Source of the DNA: an uncultured Anaerolineales bacterium
GTDB lineage: Bacteria > Chloroflexota > Anaerolineae > Anaerolineales > UBA11858
Direction of reading: 5' to 3'
Assembly: GCA_964406305.1 (NCBI GenBank)
Contig: CAYORF010000003.1
Location: 1,583-65,582, forward strand
Length of the DNA: 64,000 bases
Under the pieces are notes generated by a model. It was not told the DNA's origin and did no database searches. It saw only the letters and a list, made by a program, of their open reading frames with translations. Positions within the stretch are counted from its first letter, which is position 1. The number at the start of each line of letters is the position of its first letter. Shown in pieces: positions 24,454 to 34,312 of the stretch. Position numbers and translations under genes: made by a program.

Positions 24454-25410
24454 TTATCTGTTAAAATCCCGGTTTGTAACCGGTGTGATCAGGGTGGAAA
24501 TTGCGCCCTTCTTTTCCAATTCCCCGCTGATATAGTCAATGTTTGAATTGACCAGTGCAATGATGTGGCCTCCAAGGCCTCCGCCGGACAGCTTGGCGCC
24601 CAAAGCACCAGCATCTCTTGCTTCTAGAACCAGCTGGTCCAATTCAGGGATTGAGACTCCAATTTCCTGCAGCAGCTCGTGGTTCTCGTTCATCAATGAC
24701 CCAAGATGATCCGGGTTTCCAGTTTCGATGATCACTTTGGCTTCTTGTGTGATCTCACCCATTCTTGAAAAGATCTGGTTATATCGATCTGGTTCTTTCT
24801 GCCATCTTTCCCGCACTCCCTCCACCGCCTCCCAGGTATTGCCTGGTATACCGGAGTAAGCTATCAGGACAGAAAATTCCTCACCGATCTCGAGGAATTC
24901 AACCGGGTTTCCCTTCCGATAATAGACTGGTTTCTGATAGGAGATAACCGTGTTATCAATACCTGATGGAGTGCCGTGGTGGATCTTTTCCACCTCATAA
25001 GCAAAGTCTGATACTTGTTCATCGTTCAGGCGTTTTCCTAAGAAGGCAGAAAAAGCCCGGATGATGGATATTGAAATGGCGGCGCTGGAACCCATACCAG
25101 AGGAAGGGGGTATCTCTGAAGTGACCTGAATATTGCAGGAGGGAACTTGATTGAGGTCAATATCACCGATAACTAATTGGATGGTCGATCTCAATGGGTG
25201 GTTTATTTCAAGCTGGTCTATTGAAGTAGAGAGAGAAATGTCTGGCGCCTCTATCCAAATCTCTCCAGGGTTACCCTGGATGCGCGCGCTGACAATTGCT
25301 TTGGCTTGAGTAGGAAAAACCGGGGTTGCTATTGCCGGTTCCCCATATACAACAGCGTGTTCGCCAAAGAGAATGATCTTTCCAGGTGATGTAGCAGAAA
25401 ATGCAGGCAT
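24454..25410 (-). CDS. mvk: Mevalonate kinase (GHMP kinase)
   Basis: SPGKIILFGEHAVVYG, PPSSGMGSSAA and KLSGGGLGG are the three GHMP/MVK motifs. Confidence 0.8.
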   Translation of the reverse strand: MPAFSATSPGKIILFGEHAVVYGEPAIATPVFPTQAKAIVSARIQGNPGEIWIEAPDISLSTSIDQLEINHPLRSTIQLVIGDIDLNQVPSCNIQVTSEIPPSSGMGSSAAISISIIRAFSAFLGKRLNDEQVSDFAYEVEKIHHGTPSGIDNTVISYQKPVYYRKGNPVEFLEIGEEFSVLIAYSGIPGNTWEAVEGVRERWQKEPDRYNQIFSRMGEITQEAKVIIETGNPDHLGSLMNENHELLQEIGVSIPELDQLVLEARDAGALGAKLSGGGLGGHIIALVNSNIDYISGELEKKGAISTLITPVTNRDFNR

Positions 25411-25413
25411 ATA

Positions 25414-26280
25414 TTAGAAGAAATAAAAAACCATCATTACAACCATTGACCAAAGCAAAATGGCTGCTTGCAGCGGTCGGTCATACAGGGCGATATCTTC
25501 CGGGGCGCCGCCTTTTCCGGCCTGGATCAGGTACAGATATCGAAAGATGCCGTATAAAACAAATGGAATTGTCAGCATCATGGAATGATTGTCGGGCAGA
25601 TTTGGCGCAGAAAATGTATAGAGGCTGTACGAGACAATTGTCGTTCCAGACACGATGACAATTAGCTGGTCGAGTAATTCAATCGTATAACCTTCAAGTA
25701 CTGGGCGGACTTTTCCCCCGTTATCATACTGCAATACCAGCTCAGCTCGTCGTTTTCCAAAGCCGATAAAGAGAGCAAATAATGAAGTGACCACGTATAA
25801 CCAGGGTGAAAAACGCCTTACTTCGATCAAGGTAGTTCCAGCGATGACACGCAGCAAATAGAAAGATGCCAGAACGAGCACATCGATCAGTGGAATGTGC
25901 TTTAGTTTGGCAGAATACAACATGTTGAGGATAAAATAAACCAGGCAGATCGCCATAAATGCGGGGTCCAGGAGAAATGCCAGAGGGAACGCAATTAATA
26001 ATAGAACGATAGCAGCTGCCCAGGCTGCTTTTAGAGGAAGCTTCCCGGATGCTATTGGGCGGTTCTTTTTTGTAGGGTGATGTTTGTCAGATTCACAGTC
26101 AGCGATATCATTAAAGATATATACTGCACTGGCGATCAGACTGAAAATGGCCGCTCCTGCCAGTGTGGTCAGGAAGGCGGGAATATCCGTCAGTTTTCGG
26201 TCAAAAACCAGAGCTGTAAAGATGAAGATATTTTTTGACCATTGTTTAGGGCGCATGGTTTTCAGTAAAGACATTATCAT
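25414..26280 (-). CDS. UbiA-family polyprenyl-phosphate phosphoribosyltransferase-like enzyme (decaprenyl-phosphate 5-phosphoribosyltransferase family)
   Basis: YIFNDIADCESDKHHPTKKNRPIASGKL matches the NDxxDxxxD...HPTKxxRPIAxG signature I recall for the Rv3806c/DPPR-synthase family. Its stop lies 3 nt from the mvk start. Confidence 0.7.
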   Translation of the reverse strand: MIMSLLKTMRPKQWSKNIFIFTALVFDRKLTDIPAFLTTLAGAAIFSLIASAVYIFNDIADCESDKHHPTKKNRPIASGKLPLKAAWAAAIVLLLIAFPLAFLLDPAFMAICLVYFILNMLYSAKLKHIPLIDVLVLASFYLLRVIAGTTLIEVRRFSPWLYVVTSLFALFIGFGKRRAELVLQYDNGGKVRPVLEGYTIELLDQLIVIVSGTTIVSYSLYTFSAPNLPDNHSMMLTIPFVLYGIFRYLYLIQAGKGGAPEDIALYDRPLQAAILLWSMVVMMVFYFF

Positions 26281-26356
26281 AAGGAAATAATAGCATGAAT
26301 CAATTGGATGGGGGAGGGATGGTTCCAGTACTGGGCAAGGGATGTTAAAATAGATT

Positions 26357-27142
26357 ATGGCAAAAAAACAGAGAATTGACCAATCGCTTGTCAGTGTGGG
26401 GTTGGCCGACGACCTAGATGAAGCTAACAGGTTAGTGATGGCCGGTAAGGTCCAATACCTGGGCCAGTTGGTATTCCAATCTTCTCAACAAATCAGCGAT
26501 CCTGAAGGGATCACCTTAATTCCTAAACAAAAATTCGTTTCTAGGGGCGGAGAAAAGCTTCAGGCAGCATTTGACCAGTTTTCCATTGATGTGAAAGGGA
26601 AGGTGTGTGCCGATATAGGAGCCTCGTCGGGAGGGTTTACAGATTGTTTGCTGCAGCACGGCGCTGACAAGGTATTCGCCATCGATGTGGGATACGGGAT
26701 CCTGGAATGGAAACTCCGCAACAATCCCAGGGTAGAGGTTTTGGAGCGCACCAATGCCAGGAATCTGGAGAAACTTCCTGAAACTGTTGATTTTATAACC
26801 GCGGATGTGTCCTTTATATCCTTGAAGAAGGTCCTGCTGCCGGCTTCTGGGTGGTTTCCAAAAAATGGAGGACAGGCTGTGGTTTTAATCAAACCTCAGT
26901 TTGAAGCTACCCGGGAGGAATCCGCCAGGGGAGCGGGGGTTATAGTGGACCCCGCTATTCATCAGAGGATCCTGGTGGAAATACTGGATTTTGCATCGGC
27001 TCACGGTTTTACCCCTACAGGTTTGATCCGATCACCTCTAAAGGGTCCAGCAGGGAATGTTGAGTTTTTAGCCTGGCTGCGCTTCCCGGGAGATGGTATT
27101 GAAAAGGGGAAGATCCCTGGGATGGTAACCAGCTTGTTTTGA
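26357..27142 (+). CDS. tlyA: TlyA-family rRNA 2'-O-methyltransferase (S4 domain + FtsJ-like MTase)
   Basis: R(I)DQSLV S4-like N-terminus, FVSRGGEKL, and the AdoMet motif DIGASSGGFTD. Confidence 0.85.
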   Translation: MAKKQRIDQSLVSVGLADDLDEANRLVMAGKVQYLGQLVFQSSQQISDPEGITLIPKQKFVSRGGEKLQAAFDQFSIDVKGKVCADIGASSGGFTDCLLQHGADKVFAIDVGYGILEWKLRNNPRVEVLERTNARNLEKLPETVDFITADVSFISLKKVLLPASGWFPKNGGQAVVLIKPQFEATREESARGAGVIVDPAIHQRILVEILDFASAHGFTPTGLIRSPLKGPAGNVEFLAWLRFPGDGIEKGKIPGMVTSLF

Positions 27143-27160
27143 TAAGGGTTCCTGCTTATT

Positions 27161-28432
27161 ATGAAAAAACATTCTCCTCAAATCATCAGAGACAGCATGT
27201 TCTACCGCTTTTCTCTATATGGATTTTTAAAGAACCTCAGATTCTTTGACCCATTTATCCTGTTGATATTTCGTTCCTACGGCCTGTCGTTTTTACAGAT
27301 AGGCATTCTGTACTCCATCCGAGATATTGCAACCAACTTATTAGAACTCCCTACCGGGCTGTTGGCGGATTCCTTTGGAAGAAGAAGAGCCATGGTTTCT
27401 GCTTTCATATCGTACATTGTGTCATTTGTGATCTTGTATTCCCAAAAGGGTTTTGGTTTTTTATCCTTGGCTATGATAATTTTTGCTTTTGGAGATGCTT
27501 TCCGGACTGGGACTCATAAAGCACTGATCCTGGAATATCTGAGGATCAATAACATCAGTGACCTAAAAGTTGCCTATTATGGATTAACACGCAGCGCTTC
27601 CCAGTTGGGTTCTGCCTTGAATTCATTGATTGCGGCCGGCCTGGTATTTTACACGGGCAGCTACAGGATCATGTTTCTGGCATCAACAGTTCCTTATACC
27701 CTGGATCTGATAAACCTGGCAACCTATCCAAAAGAACTGGATGGTGAGATCACTCGGGTCAAGGGAAAGGAGATCTGGTCCAGATTTGATTCAACTCTGA
27801 AAGGGTTCTTTAAAACAATGAAGGATGGGAACGCCCAAAAAGTGATCCTGAACAGCGCCAGTTTTACAGCAGCATTTAAATCAACAAAAGATTATTTGCA
27901 GCCCATGATATCTGGCATCGCATTATCCCTGATGCTCTTTACTGTCTTGGAAGAGACCCGCCGGGAAGCACTTCTGATCGGGTTGGTCTACTTTGTGATC
28001 TATTTATTGACGAGCTTGGCTTCCAGGCGGGCTTATTATTTCAGCAACCGGTTCAAAAATCTGCCCCGGGCAGTAAACATCACCTATCTTGTAGGTATTG
28101 GATTGTTGATCGCTGCCGGATGGATGGCGACAGTAGGCCTGGAGCTGATCGCGGTGATATGTTTTATCGGAATATTCTTGTTGAATAATATCCGGCGACC
28201 GATCAATATCGGCATCATCAGTGACCAGATCTCATCCAAGGTGATGGCTTCGGGTTTATCTACTGAAACCTTACTAACAACCATGTTCTCAGCCCTGTTT
28301 GCACCATTGTTGGGTTTTTTGGTAGACACTTTCGGTCTGGGATATGGTATTTCCGGGATGGGCCTGGTGATGGTGCTGTTGTTTTTTGTTGTCAGAGTGG
28401 GGGAAAATGATAATCAGCTACCAGCAAACTAA
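27161..28432 (+). CDS. MFS transporter
   Basis: About 12 hydrophobic segments and the MFS loop motif LADSFGRRRAM. Confidence 0.7.
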   Translation: MKKHSPQIIRDSMFYRFSLYGFLKNLRFFDPFILLIFRSYGLSFLQIGILYSIRDIATNLLELPTGLLADSFGRRRAMVSAFISYIVSFVILYSQKGFGFLSLAMIIFAFGDAFRTGTHKALILEYLRINNISDLKVAYYGLTRSASQLGSALNSLIAAGLVFYTGSYRIMFLASTVPYTLDLINLATYPKELDGEITRVKGKEIWSRFDSTLKGFFKTMKDGNAQKVILNSASFTAAFKSTKDYLQPMISGIALSLMLFTVLEETRREALLIGLVYFVIYLLTSLASRRAYYFSNRFKNLPRAVNITYLVGIGLLIAAGWMATVGLELIAVICFIGIFLLNNIRRPINIGIISDQISSKVMASGLSTETLLTTMFSALFAPLLGFLVDTFGLGYGISGMGLVMVLLFFVVRVGENDNQLPAN

Positions 28433-28473
28433 TTGCCCTCAAGGCGATCTCATCGGGTATACTAGCCCTGTTC

Positions 28474-30276
28474 ATGGATATTAATAAAATACGCAACTTT
28501 TCTATCATAGCCCATATTGACCACGGGAAATCCACTCTTGCAGATCGACTGCTGCAGATCACGGATACTGTCTCTGAGCGCGATATGGCGGACCAGGTTC
28601 TAGATAATATGGATCTGGAACGCGAAAAAGGTGTGACCATCAAAGCTTCCGCAGTTCAAATGCATTATGAATCTCTTGACGGTCAGGAATATGAATTGAA
28701 CCTGATCGATACTCCAGGCCATGTTGATTTTGGATATGAAGTATCGAGGGCTTTGGAAGCTTGTGAAGGCGCGCTGCTTGTGGTTGACGCGGCCCAGGGT
28801 ATGGAGGCTCAAACATTAGCCAATATGTATGCAGCCCTGGAAGCAGACTTGGAAATCATTCCCATTATCAATAAGATCGATCTGCCTGCCGCCAGGCCGG
28901 ATGAAATTGCCGAAGATATCAGCGCCTTATTGGGCACTCCCCCGGAGACAATTCTCCGCATCTCAGCCAAGGAAGGGGAAAATATCCAACCAGTTCTAGA
29001 GAAGATCATCCAGGAGGTACCTGCTCCGACCCACAACCCGGATGCGCCCTTACAAGCCCTGATATTTGACTCTCATTACAATTCCTTTAAAGGTGTGATC
29101 GCCTATATCCGGGTTTTCGATGGGACCATCACCGGCAAAGATATCCTGCGATTGATGGCCGCAGGCAAGGACCTTGAACCATTTGAGATTGGTGTATTCT
29201 CCCCAAAAATGACCCCAGTCGATGTGATTTATCCCGGGGAAGTTGGATATATAGCAACGGGTTTGAAATCTGTTCATGAATGCCGGGTAGGGGATACGAT
29301 CACATTTGCCAAAAATCCTGCCTCGGAACCCCTGCCTGGATATAAACAGGCCAAACCGATGGTTTTTGCCGGTTTTTTCCCGGTAGATAATGAGGCTTAT
29401 GCCAGCTTGAGGGACGCGCTGGAAAAATTACAATTGAATGATGCCGCCCTGGTCTTTGAACCCGAATCTTCCCAAGCTCTGAACCTGGGTTTCAGGTGTG
29501 GATTCCTGGGCATGTTCCATATGGAGATTATCCAGGAAAGGCTCGAACGGGAATATAATCTAGATATCATAGCGACTGCTCCTTCTGTCAAATATCGGAT
29601 AGTGATGAGAGATGGATCGGTCCTCGAGATCGATTCGCCGGCAGAATTACCAGATAAAAGTGAGTATGAAGAGATCCAGGAACCCTGGATGGACCTTCAG
29701 GTTTTCCTGCCGTTGGAATACTATGGCCCGGTAATGGAATTGGTCACCGTAAGGCGGGGAACATATGTCAGTCAGCAATATCCAAGCCCTCAACGGGTTC
29801 AACTGAATTTCCAAATTCCGCTTTCGGAGATGATCGTGGATTTCTTTGATTATCTGAAATCTGTATCGCGAGGTTACGCCTCAATGGATTATTCTTTTGC
29901 TGGATATCGGAGCGAGAAGCTGGTCAAGCTTGATATCCTGGTCAATAGTGAACCGGTAGATGGTATGGCCTCCATTGTCCATAAAGATAAGGCCCAACGT
30001 AAAGGGAAGATTCTGGTTGCGCGTTTGAAGGAATTGATCCCCCGCCAACACTTCGCAGTGCCCATTCAAGCTTCAGCGGGTGGGAAGATCATTGCAAGAG
30101 CTGATGTGAAAGCTCTCCGGAAAGATGTTACAGCTAAGCTCTATGGTGGTGACGTTACTCGAAAACGAAAATTGCTCGAAAATCAGAAAGATGGAAGGAA
30201 GCGGCTAAAGCGAGTTGGGAATGTAGATATTCCCCAAGATGCCTTTATGGCTGTCTTGAGGTTGGAAGATGACTGA
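28474..30276 (+). CDS. lepA: Translation elongation factor 4 (LepA)
   Basis: NFSIIAHIDHGKSTLADR, DTPGHVDF and NKIDL, plus a LepA-specific C-terminal domain. Confidence 0.95.
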   Translation: MDINKIRNFSIIAHIDHGKSTLADRLLQITDTVSERDMADQVLDNMDLEREKGVTIKASAVQMHYESLDGQEYELNLIDTPGHVDFGYEVSRALEACEGALLVVDAAQGMEAQTLANMYAALEADLEIIPIINKIDLPAARPDEIAEDISALLGTPPETILRISAKEGENIQPVLEKIIQEVPAPTHNPDAPLQALIFDSHYNSFKGVIAYIRVFDGTITGKDILRLMAAGKDLEPFEIGVFSPKMTPVDVIYPGEVGYIATGLKSVHECRVGDTITFAKNPASEPLPGYKQAKPMVFAGFFPVDNEAYASLRDALEKLQLNDAALVFEPESSQALNLGFRCGFLGMFHMEIIQERLEREYNLDIIATAPSVKYRIVMRDGSVLEIDSPAELPDKSEYEEIQEPWMDLQVFLPLEYYGPVMELVTVRRGTYVSQQYPSPQRVQLNFQIPLSEMIVDFFDYLKSVSRGYASMDYSFAGYRSEKLVKLDILVNSEPVDGMASIVHKDKAQRKGKILVARLKELIPRQHFAVPIQASAGGKIIARADVKALRKDVTAKLYGGDVTRKRKLLENQKDGRKRLKRVGNVDIPQDAFMAVLRLEDD

Positions 30277-31276
30277 TAATAACAAAACCGGGAAGCAGTT
30301 AAGATTTGTCATCGGAATAGTGTTAAGCCTTGTTGTCCTGGTCGTCATGATCTTGTTCATTGACGGGGAAGAGGTGGCAGCCGCTTTCAAGCAAGTCAAT
30401 ATTCTGATCGTAGCTCCGTTATCGTTTTTGTTAGTTTTTGCCCTGCTGTGCCGGGCCTACGCTTGGCGGATAATCCTGAATGAAAAAGTCTCCCTTTCTC
30501 AATCTTTCTTGATCATTAGTGCCGGCTATTTTGTGAATACCATCCTTCCTTTCAGGGTAGGAGAGCTCGCCAGAGTGTTTTTATTACTTCCATCGGGCTT
30601 TAGTTTTTGGAGTGCTATACCAACAATCCTGGTAGAACGGATCTTTGATCTTGGTTTTGCTCTCAGCCTGTTTTTTATTGGCTTACCATTTGCCCTGGAT
30701 TTCTCTCAGGATATATTTACCCTCTATCTTTTGGCAGGATTTGCCGTGTTGGGGATAGTCATTTTGATCCTGTTAGTCAAGAACAAGGAAAAAGTATATC
30801 GGTGGCTAGAAAATCTAAACCTTCTTGGAAGTCGGTTCAAATCCGGGTTGATTGACCTTGTGCGTTCGGTTCTCTCCAGTCTAGAGACTCTCTCTGATCC
30901 GCTAAAATTCGCCAAAGTATTCATTGGAATGGTCCTCAGTTGGGGGCTATCACTGATATTTCAATATCTTTTACTGAAGGCCTTTATCCCGGAAGCAAAC
31001 CTGATCATGGCCGTATTCGCCATTGGGGCTGTTGCAATTGGCATATCTATCCCCTCATCCCCTGGTAACATTGGTTTATATGAAGCAAGTATCACCCTTG
31101 CCTTAACAGCTTTCGGGGTAGATCGATCAATCGCGTTCAGCTATGCCTTGACCAGTCACGTATTAAACCTTGCTGTGACTACAATATTTGGATCATTTGG
31201 GCTGGTGAGGGAAGGATACAGTTTGCGTGATGTCTGGCAGTATAGCAAACAGCACAGAGAGGAAGGTGATTCATGA
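30269..31276 (+). CDS. Flippase-like UPF0104 membrane protein (lysyl-PG-synthase TM-domain family)
   Basis: Polytopic protein with the family-typical ILPFRVGELARV. Its start overlaps the lepA stop by 8 nt. Confidence 0.7.
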   Translation: MTDNNKTGKQLRFVIGIVLSLVVLVVMILFIDGEEVAAAFKQVNILIVAPLSFLLVFALLCRAYAWRIILNEKVSLSQSFLIISAGYFVNTILPFRVGELARVFLLLPSGFSFWSAIPTILVERIFDLGFALSLFFIGLPFALDFSQDIFTLYLLAGFAVLGIVILILLVKNKEKVYRWLENLNLLGSRFKSGLIDLVRSVLSSLETLSDPLKFAKVFIGMVLSWGLSLIFQYLLLKAFIPEANLIMAVFAIGAVAIGISIPSSPGNIGLYEASITLALTAFGVDRSIAFSYALTSHVLNLAVTTIFGSFGLVREGYSLRDVWQYSKQHREEGDS

Positions 31277-32298
31277 GTAAACCAATCCTTATCACGGGTG
31301 GCGCAGGTTTCATCGGGACCAACTATACTGCTCGTTTGATCGAGAGGGGCGAGCATCCCACTATCTTTGATAACCTATCCCGGACTGGTACGCCTGGCAA
31401 TGTTCAATGGCTTAGTGATACTTACGGTGCGGATTCGTTTGAAATGATCGAAGGAGATATCAGGGACCCTGATGCAGTATCCTCGGTCATCCAGGGAGCT
31501 GAATTGGTTTTTCATTTGGCTGCCCAGGTTGCGGTGACGACTTCAGTGATCGATCCCAGGACGGACTTTGAGATCAATGCTCTTGGTACTTTGAACGTCT
31601 TGGAAGCAGCCAGGCTTTCTTCTCTTAAACCGGCGGTAATTTATTCATCTACTAATAAGGTTTATGGAGACCTGGAAGGTGTAGAAGTGGTCGAAGGGGA
31701 AGATAGCTATTATTTTCCTGATCATCCTGATGGAATCGCTGAATTCCAACAAATGGATTTCCACTCACCTTATGGATGTTCCAAAGGGGCCGGTGATCAG
31801 TATGTCAGGGATTATCATCGAATATTTGGTTTACCAACCGTGGTTTTCCGCCAAAGCTGTATTTATGGACCCCACCAGTATGGAATTGAAGACCAGGGTT
31901 GGGTCGCCTGGTTTGTGATCGCGGCGGTGACAGGAAAACCTATTACTATTTATGGTGACGGTAAACAGGTCAGAGACCTTTTATTTGTGGATGATCTATT
32001 GGTAGCTTATGACCTGGCAGCCGAAAACATTGATAAGACCGCAGGACAAATATATAATATTGGAGGCGGCCAAGAGAATACGCTGTCCATTTGGAAGGAA
32101 TTTGGACCGTTGTTGGAAAAGGAGCTTGGTCAGGATATACCTGTCTCATGGGAGGGTTGGAGGCCGGGAGATCAGCGGGTTTTTGTTGCTGATATACAGA
32201 AAGCTGCCCGTGATTTTGGCTGGAAGCCGGAGATCGGTGTTGAATCGGGTATCCAAAAGCTATTTGAATGGGTAAGAGCTAACCGGGATCTGTTTTAG
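31273..32298 (+). CDS. NAD-dependent sugar epimerase/dehydratase (extended SDR)
   Basis: ILITGGAGFIGTN Rossmann motif and catalytic YGCSKGAGDQY (YxxxK). It shares a 4-nt ATGA overlap with the upstream gene. Confidence 0.85.
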   Translation: MSKPILITGGAGFIGTNYTARLIERGEHPTIFDNLSRTGTPGNVQWLSDTYGADSFEMIEGDIRDPDAVSSVIQGAELVFHLAAQVAVTTSVIDPRTDFEINALGTLNVLEAARLSSLKPAVIYSSTNKVYGDLEGVEVVEGEDSYYFPDHPDGIAEFQQMDFHSPYGCSKGAGDQYVRDYHRIFGLPTVVFRQSCIYGPHQYGIEDQGWVAWFVIAAVTGKPITIYGDGKQVRDLLFVDDLLVAYDLAAENIDKTAGQIYNIGGGQENTLSIWKEFGPLLEKELGQDIPVSWEGWRPGDQRVFVADIQKAARDFGWKPEIGVESGIQKLFEWVRANRDLF

Positions 32299-32339
32299 GA
32301 ATTCCACTTGGATAAGTTGCCAGCAGCGGATTTGTTGCC

Positions 32340-33503
32340 ATGAAGATACTTACTGTTCTCACATATTACCGGCCCCACACCAGTGGGCTAACGATATACG
32401 TGGAGCGATTGGCAAAATCTCTTGTTAAGCTGGGACATGAAGTTACGGTGCTGACTTCCCAGTATGATAAAAGCCTGCCCCAAGAAGAAATCCGGGATGG
32501 CGTCAAGATCATTCGAGCCCCGGTATTGTTCCGGATTAGCAAGGGTGTGATCATGCCTACTATTGGCTGGCTGGCCTGGAAACTTGTCTCAAGCCATGAC
32601 GTAGTTCATCTGCACCTTCCCCAATTTGATGCCGCCGGTATTGCTCTGCGGGGACGAATCCTCAAGAAACCAACTCTGATCACATATCATTGTGATCTGC
32701 TGCTCCCCAAGTCCTTCTTCAACAGGATTATCAATTCAGTAGTACTTTTTATGAATTATTTGGCCGGATTGCTGGCAGACAGGATTGGCGCTTATACGGA
32801 TGATTTTGCGGCCCATTCTCCATTCTTACAGCGCTTCAAAAGAAAAGTACGGGTGATACTTCCCCCTGTGGTTATGCCTGCAGCGGCTCCTGATGTTATC
32901 AAGGAATATATCAGTACGATCAATCCCAAGGGAAATTCACCAGTTATTGGGATGGCTACCCGGTTTGCATCAGAAAAAGGAGTGGGGATTTTAATCAGTG
33001 CCCTGCCAGATGTTATGGAATCTTTTCCCCGAGCCATGGTTTTGTACGCCGGTCAATACCAGGATGTGATGGGTGAAAATACTTATTATCAGAAACTATT
33101 GCCAAGCATCCAGTCATACCAGGAAAAAGGACAATGGAATTTCCTGGGAGTGTTAACACCGGAAGAGATGACCCTTTTTTATAACTGCCTTGATGTGCTG
33201 GTTGTCCCCAGCCTTAATTCCACAGAGACCTTCGGCCTAGTACAGATCGAAGCCATGCTTCAGGGCACTCCCACGATCGCATCTAACCTGCCTGGTGTGA
33301 GGGTTCCACCCCAGTTGACTGGGATGGGTGAGGTAGTTCCAATTGGAGATGCCGCCGCTTTAGCAAAGGCGATCATAAAAATAGTGTCACAACCAGAGAA
33401 ATACCAGGGATCACAGGAAGAAATAAAGAATACTTTTGATCCCATGGTTAACGCTGCTGCTTATGAAACGATTTACAAAGAATTATGTGGGGATCTGTCT
33501 TGA
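32340..33503 (+). CDS. Glycosyltransferase family 4 (GT-B, retaining type)
   Basis: N-terminal MKILTVLTYYRPHTSGL and C-terminal ...PSLNSTETFGLVQIEAM (E-x7-E region). Confidence 0.8.
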   Translation: MKILTVLTYYRPHTSGLTIYVERLAKSLVKLGHEVTVLTSQYDKSLPQEEIRDGVKIIRAPVLFRISKGVIMPTIGWLAWKLVSSHDVVHLHLPQFDAAGIALRGRILKKPTLITYHCDLLLPKSFFNRIINSVVLFMNYLAGLLADRIGAYTDDFAAHSPFLQRFKRKVRVILPPVVMPAAAPDVIKEYISTINPKGNSPVIGMATRFASEKGVGILISALPDVMESFPRAMVLYAGQYQDVMGENTYYQKLLPSIQSYQEKGQWNFLGVLTPEEMTLFYNCLDVLVVPSLNSTETFGLVQIEAMLQGTPTIASNLPGVRVPPQLTGMGEVVPIGDAAALAKAIIKIVSQPEKYQGSQEEIKNTFDPMVNAAAYETIYKELCGDLS

Positions 33504-34285
33504 ATGATTATCTAACACCTCATTTGCGAGACCTTCCTTATTTCCGGGCCTTACTGCGAGCGGTGGAGGCTCGTTTTTATGAGGATATCTCTCTGCCGGG
33601 GCCTGTCCTGGATTTAGGCTGTGGGGATGGTCATTTTGCGAGCCTGGCTTTTCAGGAACCGCTGGATATGGGTTTGGATCCCTGGTGGGGACCTATCCAG
33701 GAAGCAGGGACCAGATCATCCTACCAAGATTTGGTATGCGCAGAAGGTGACCATATGCCTTATCCTTCCGATTATTTTTCCAGCGCTGTCAGCAATTCTG
33801 TGTTGGAACATATCCCTGATCTGGATCCCGTCATCAAGGAAACTGCCCGGGTGCTGAAACCAGGAGCCCCTTTCATTTTTTGTGTACCAAATCACCGGTT
33901 CCTAAGTACTCTATCGATTAGCAATGGATTGGACAAGATCAAGTTAAGGGGATTAGCAGATCTATATCGGGGTTTTTTTAATCGCATCTCCCGGCATTAT
34001 AATTGTGATTCCTACGAAACATGGAAAGAAAGACTGAAAAAATTTGGCTTTATGATTGAGGACTCGTGGGATTATTTTCCTCCTGCTGCCTTGCATGTCC
34101 TGGAATGGGGCCATTATTTTGGTGTGCCATCCTGGGTTGCAAAACTTATCTTTGGCCGCTGGATCCTGACTCCCACACGCTGGAATTTGTACCTAACCGA
34201 TCGTCTTGTCAGACCGCACTATGAAAGTGACCCAAGAAGCCCGGATGGTGTATATTCATTTTATATAGCTAGACGGATTGAATGA
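33485..34285 (+). CDS. Class I SAM-dependent methyltransferase
   Basis: VLDLGCGDGH (motif I) and LKPGAPFIF (post-II). An alternative TTG start at 33500 overlaps the GT4 stop. Confidence 0.8.
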   Translation: MWGSVLNDYLTPHLRDLPYFRALLRAVEARFYEDISLPGPVLDLGCGDGHFASLAFQEPLDMGLDPWWGPIQEAGTRSSYQDLVCAEGDHMPYPSDYFSSAVSNSVLEHIPDLDPVIKETARVLKPGAPFIFCVPNHRFLSTLSISNGLDKIKLRGLADLYRGFFNRISRHYNCDSYETWKERLKKFGFMIEDSWDYFPPAALHVLEWGHYFGVPSWVAKLIFGRWILTPTRWNLYLTDRLVRPHYESDPRSPDGVYSFYIARRIE

Positions 34286-34312
34286 TCTGATTTACTCTGA
34301 GAGCAGGTATAT

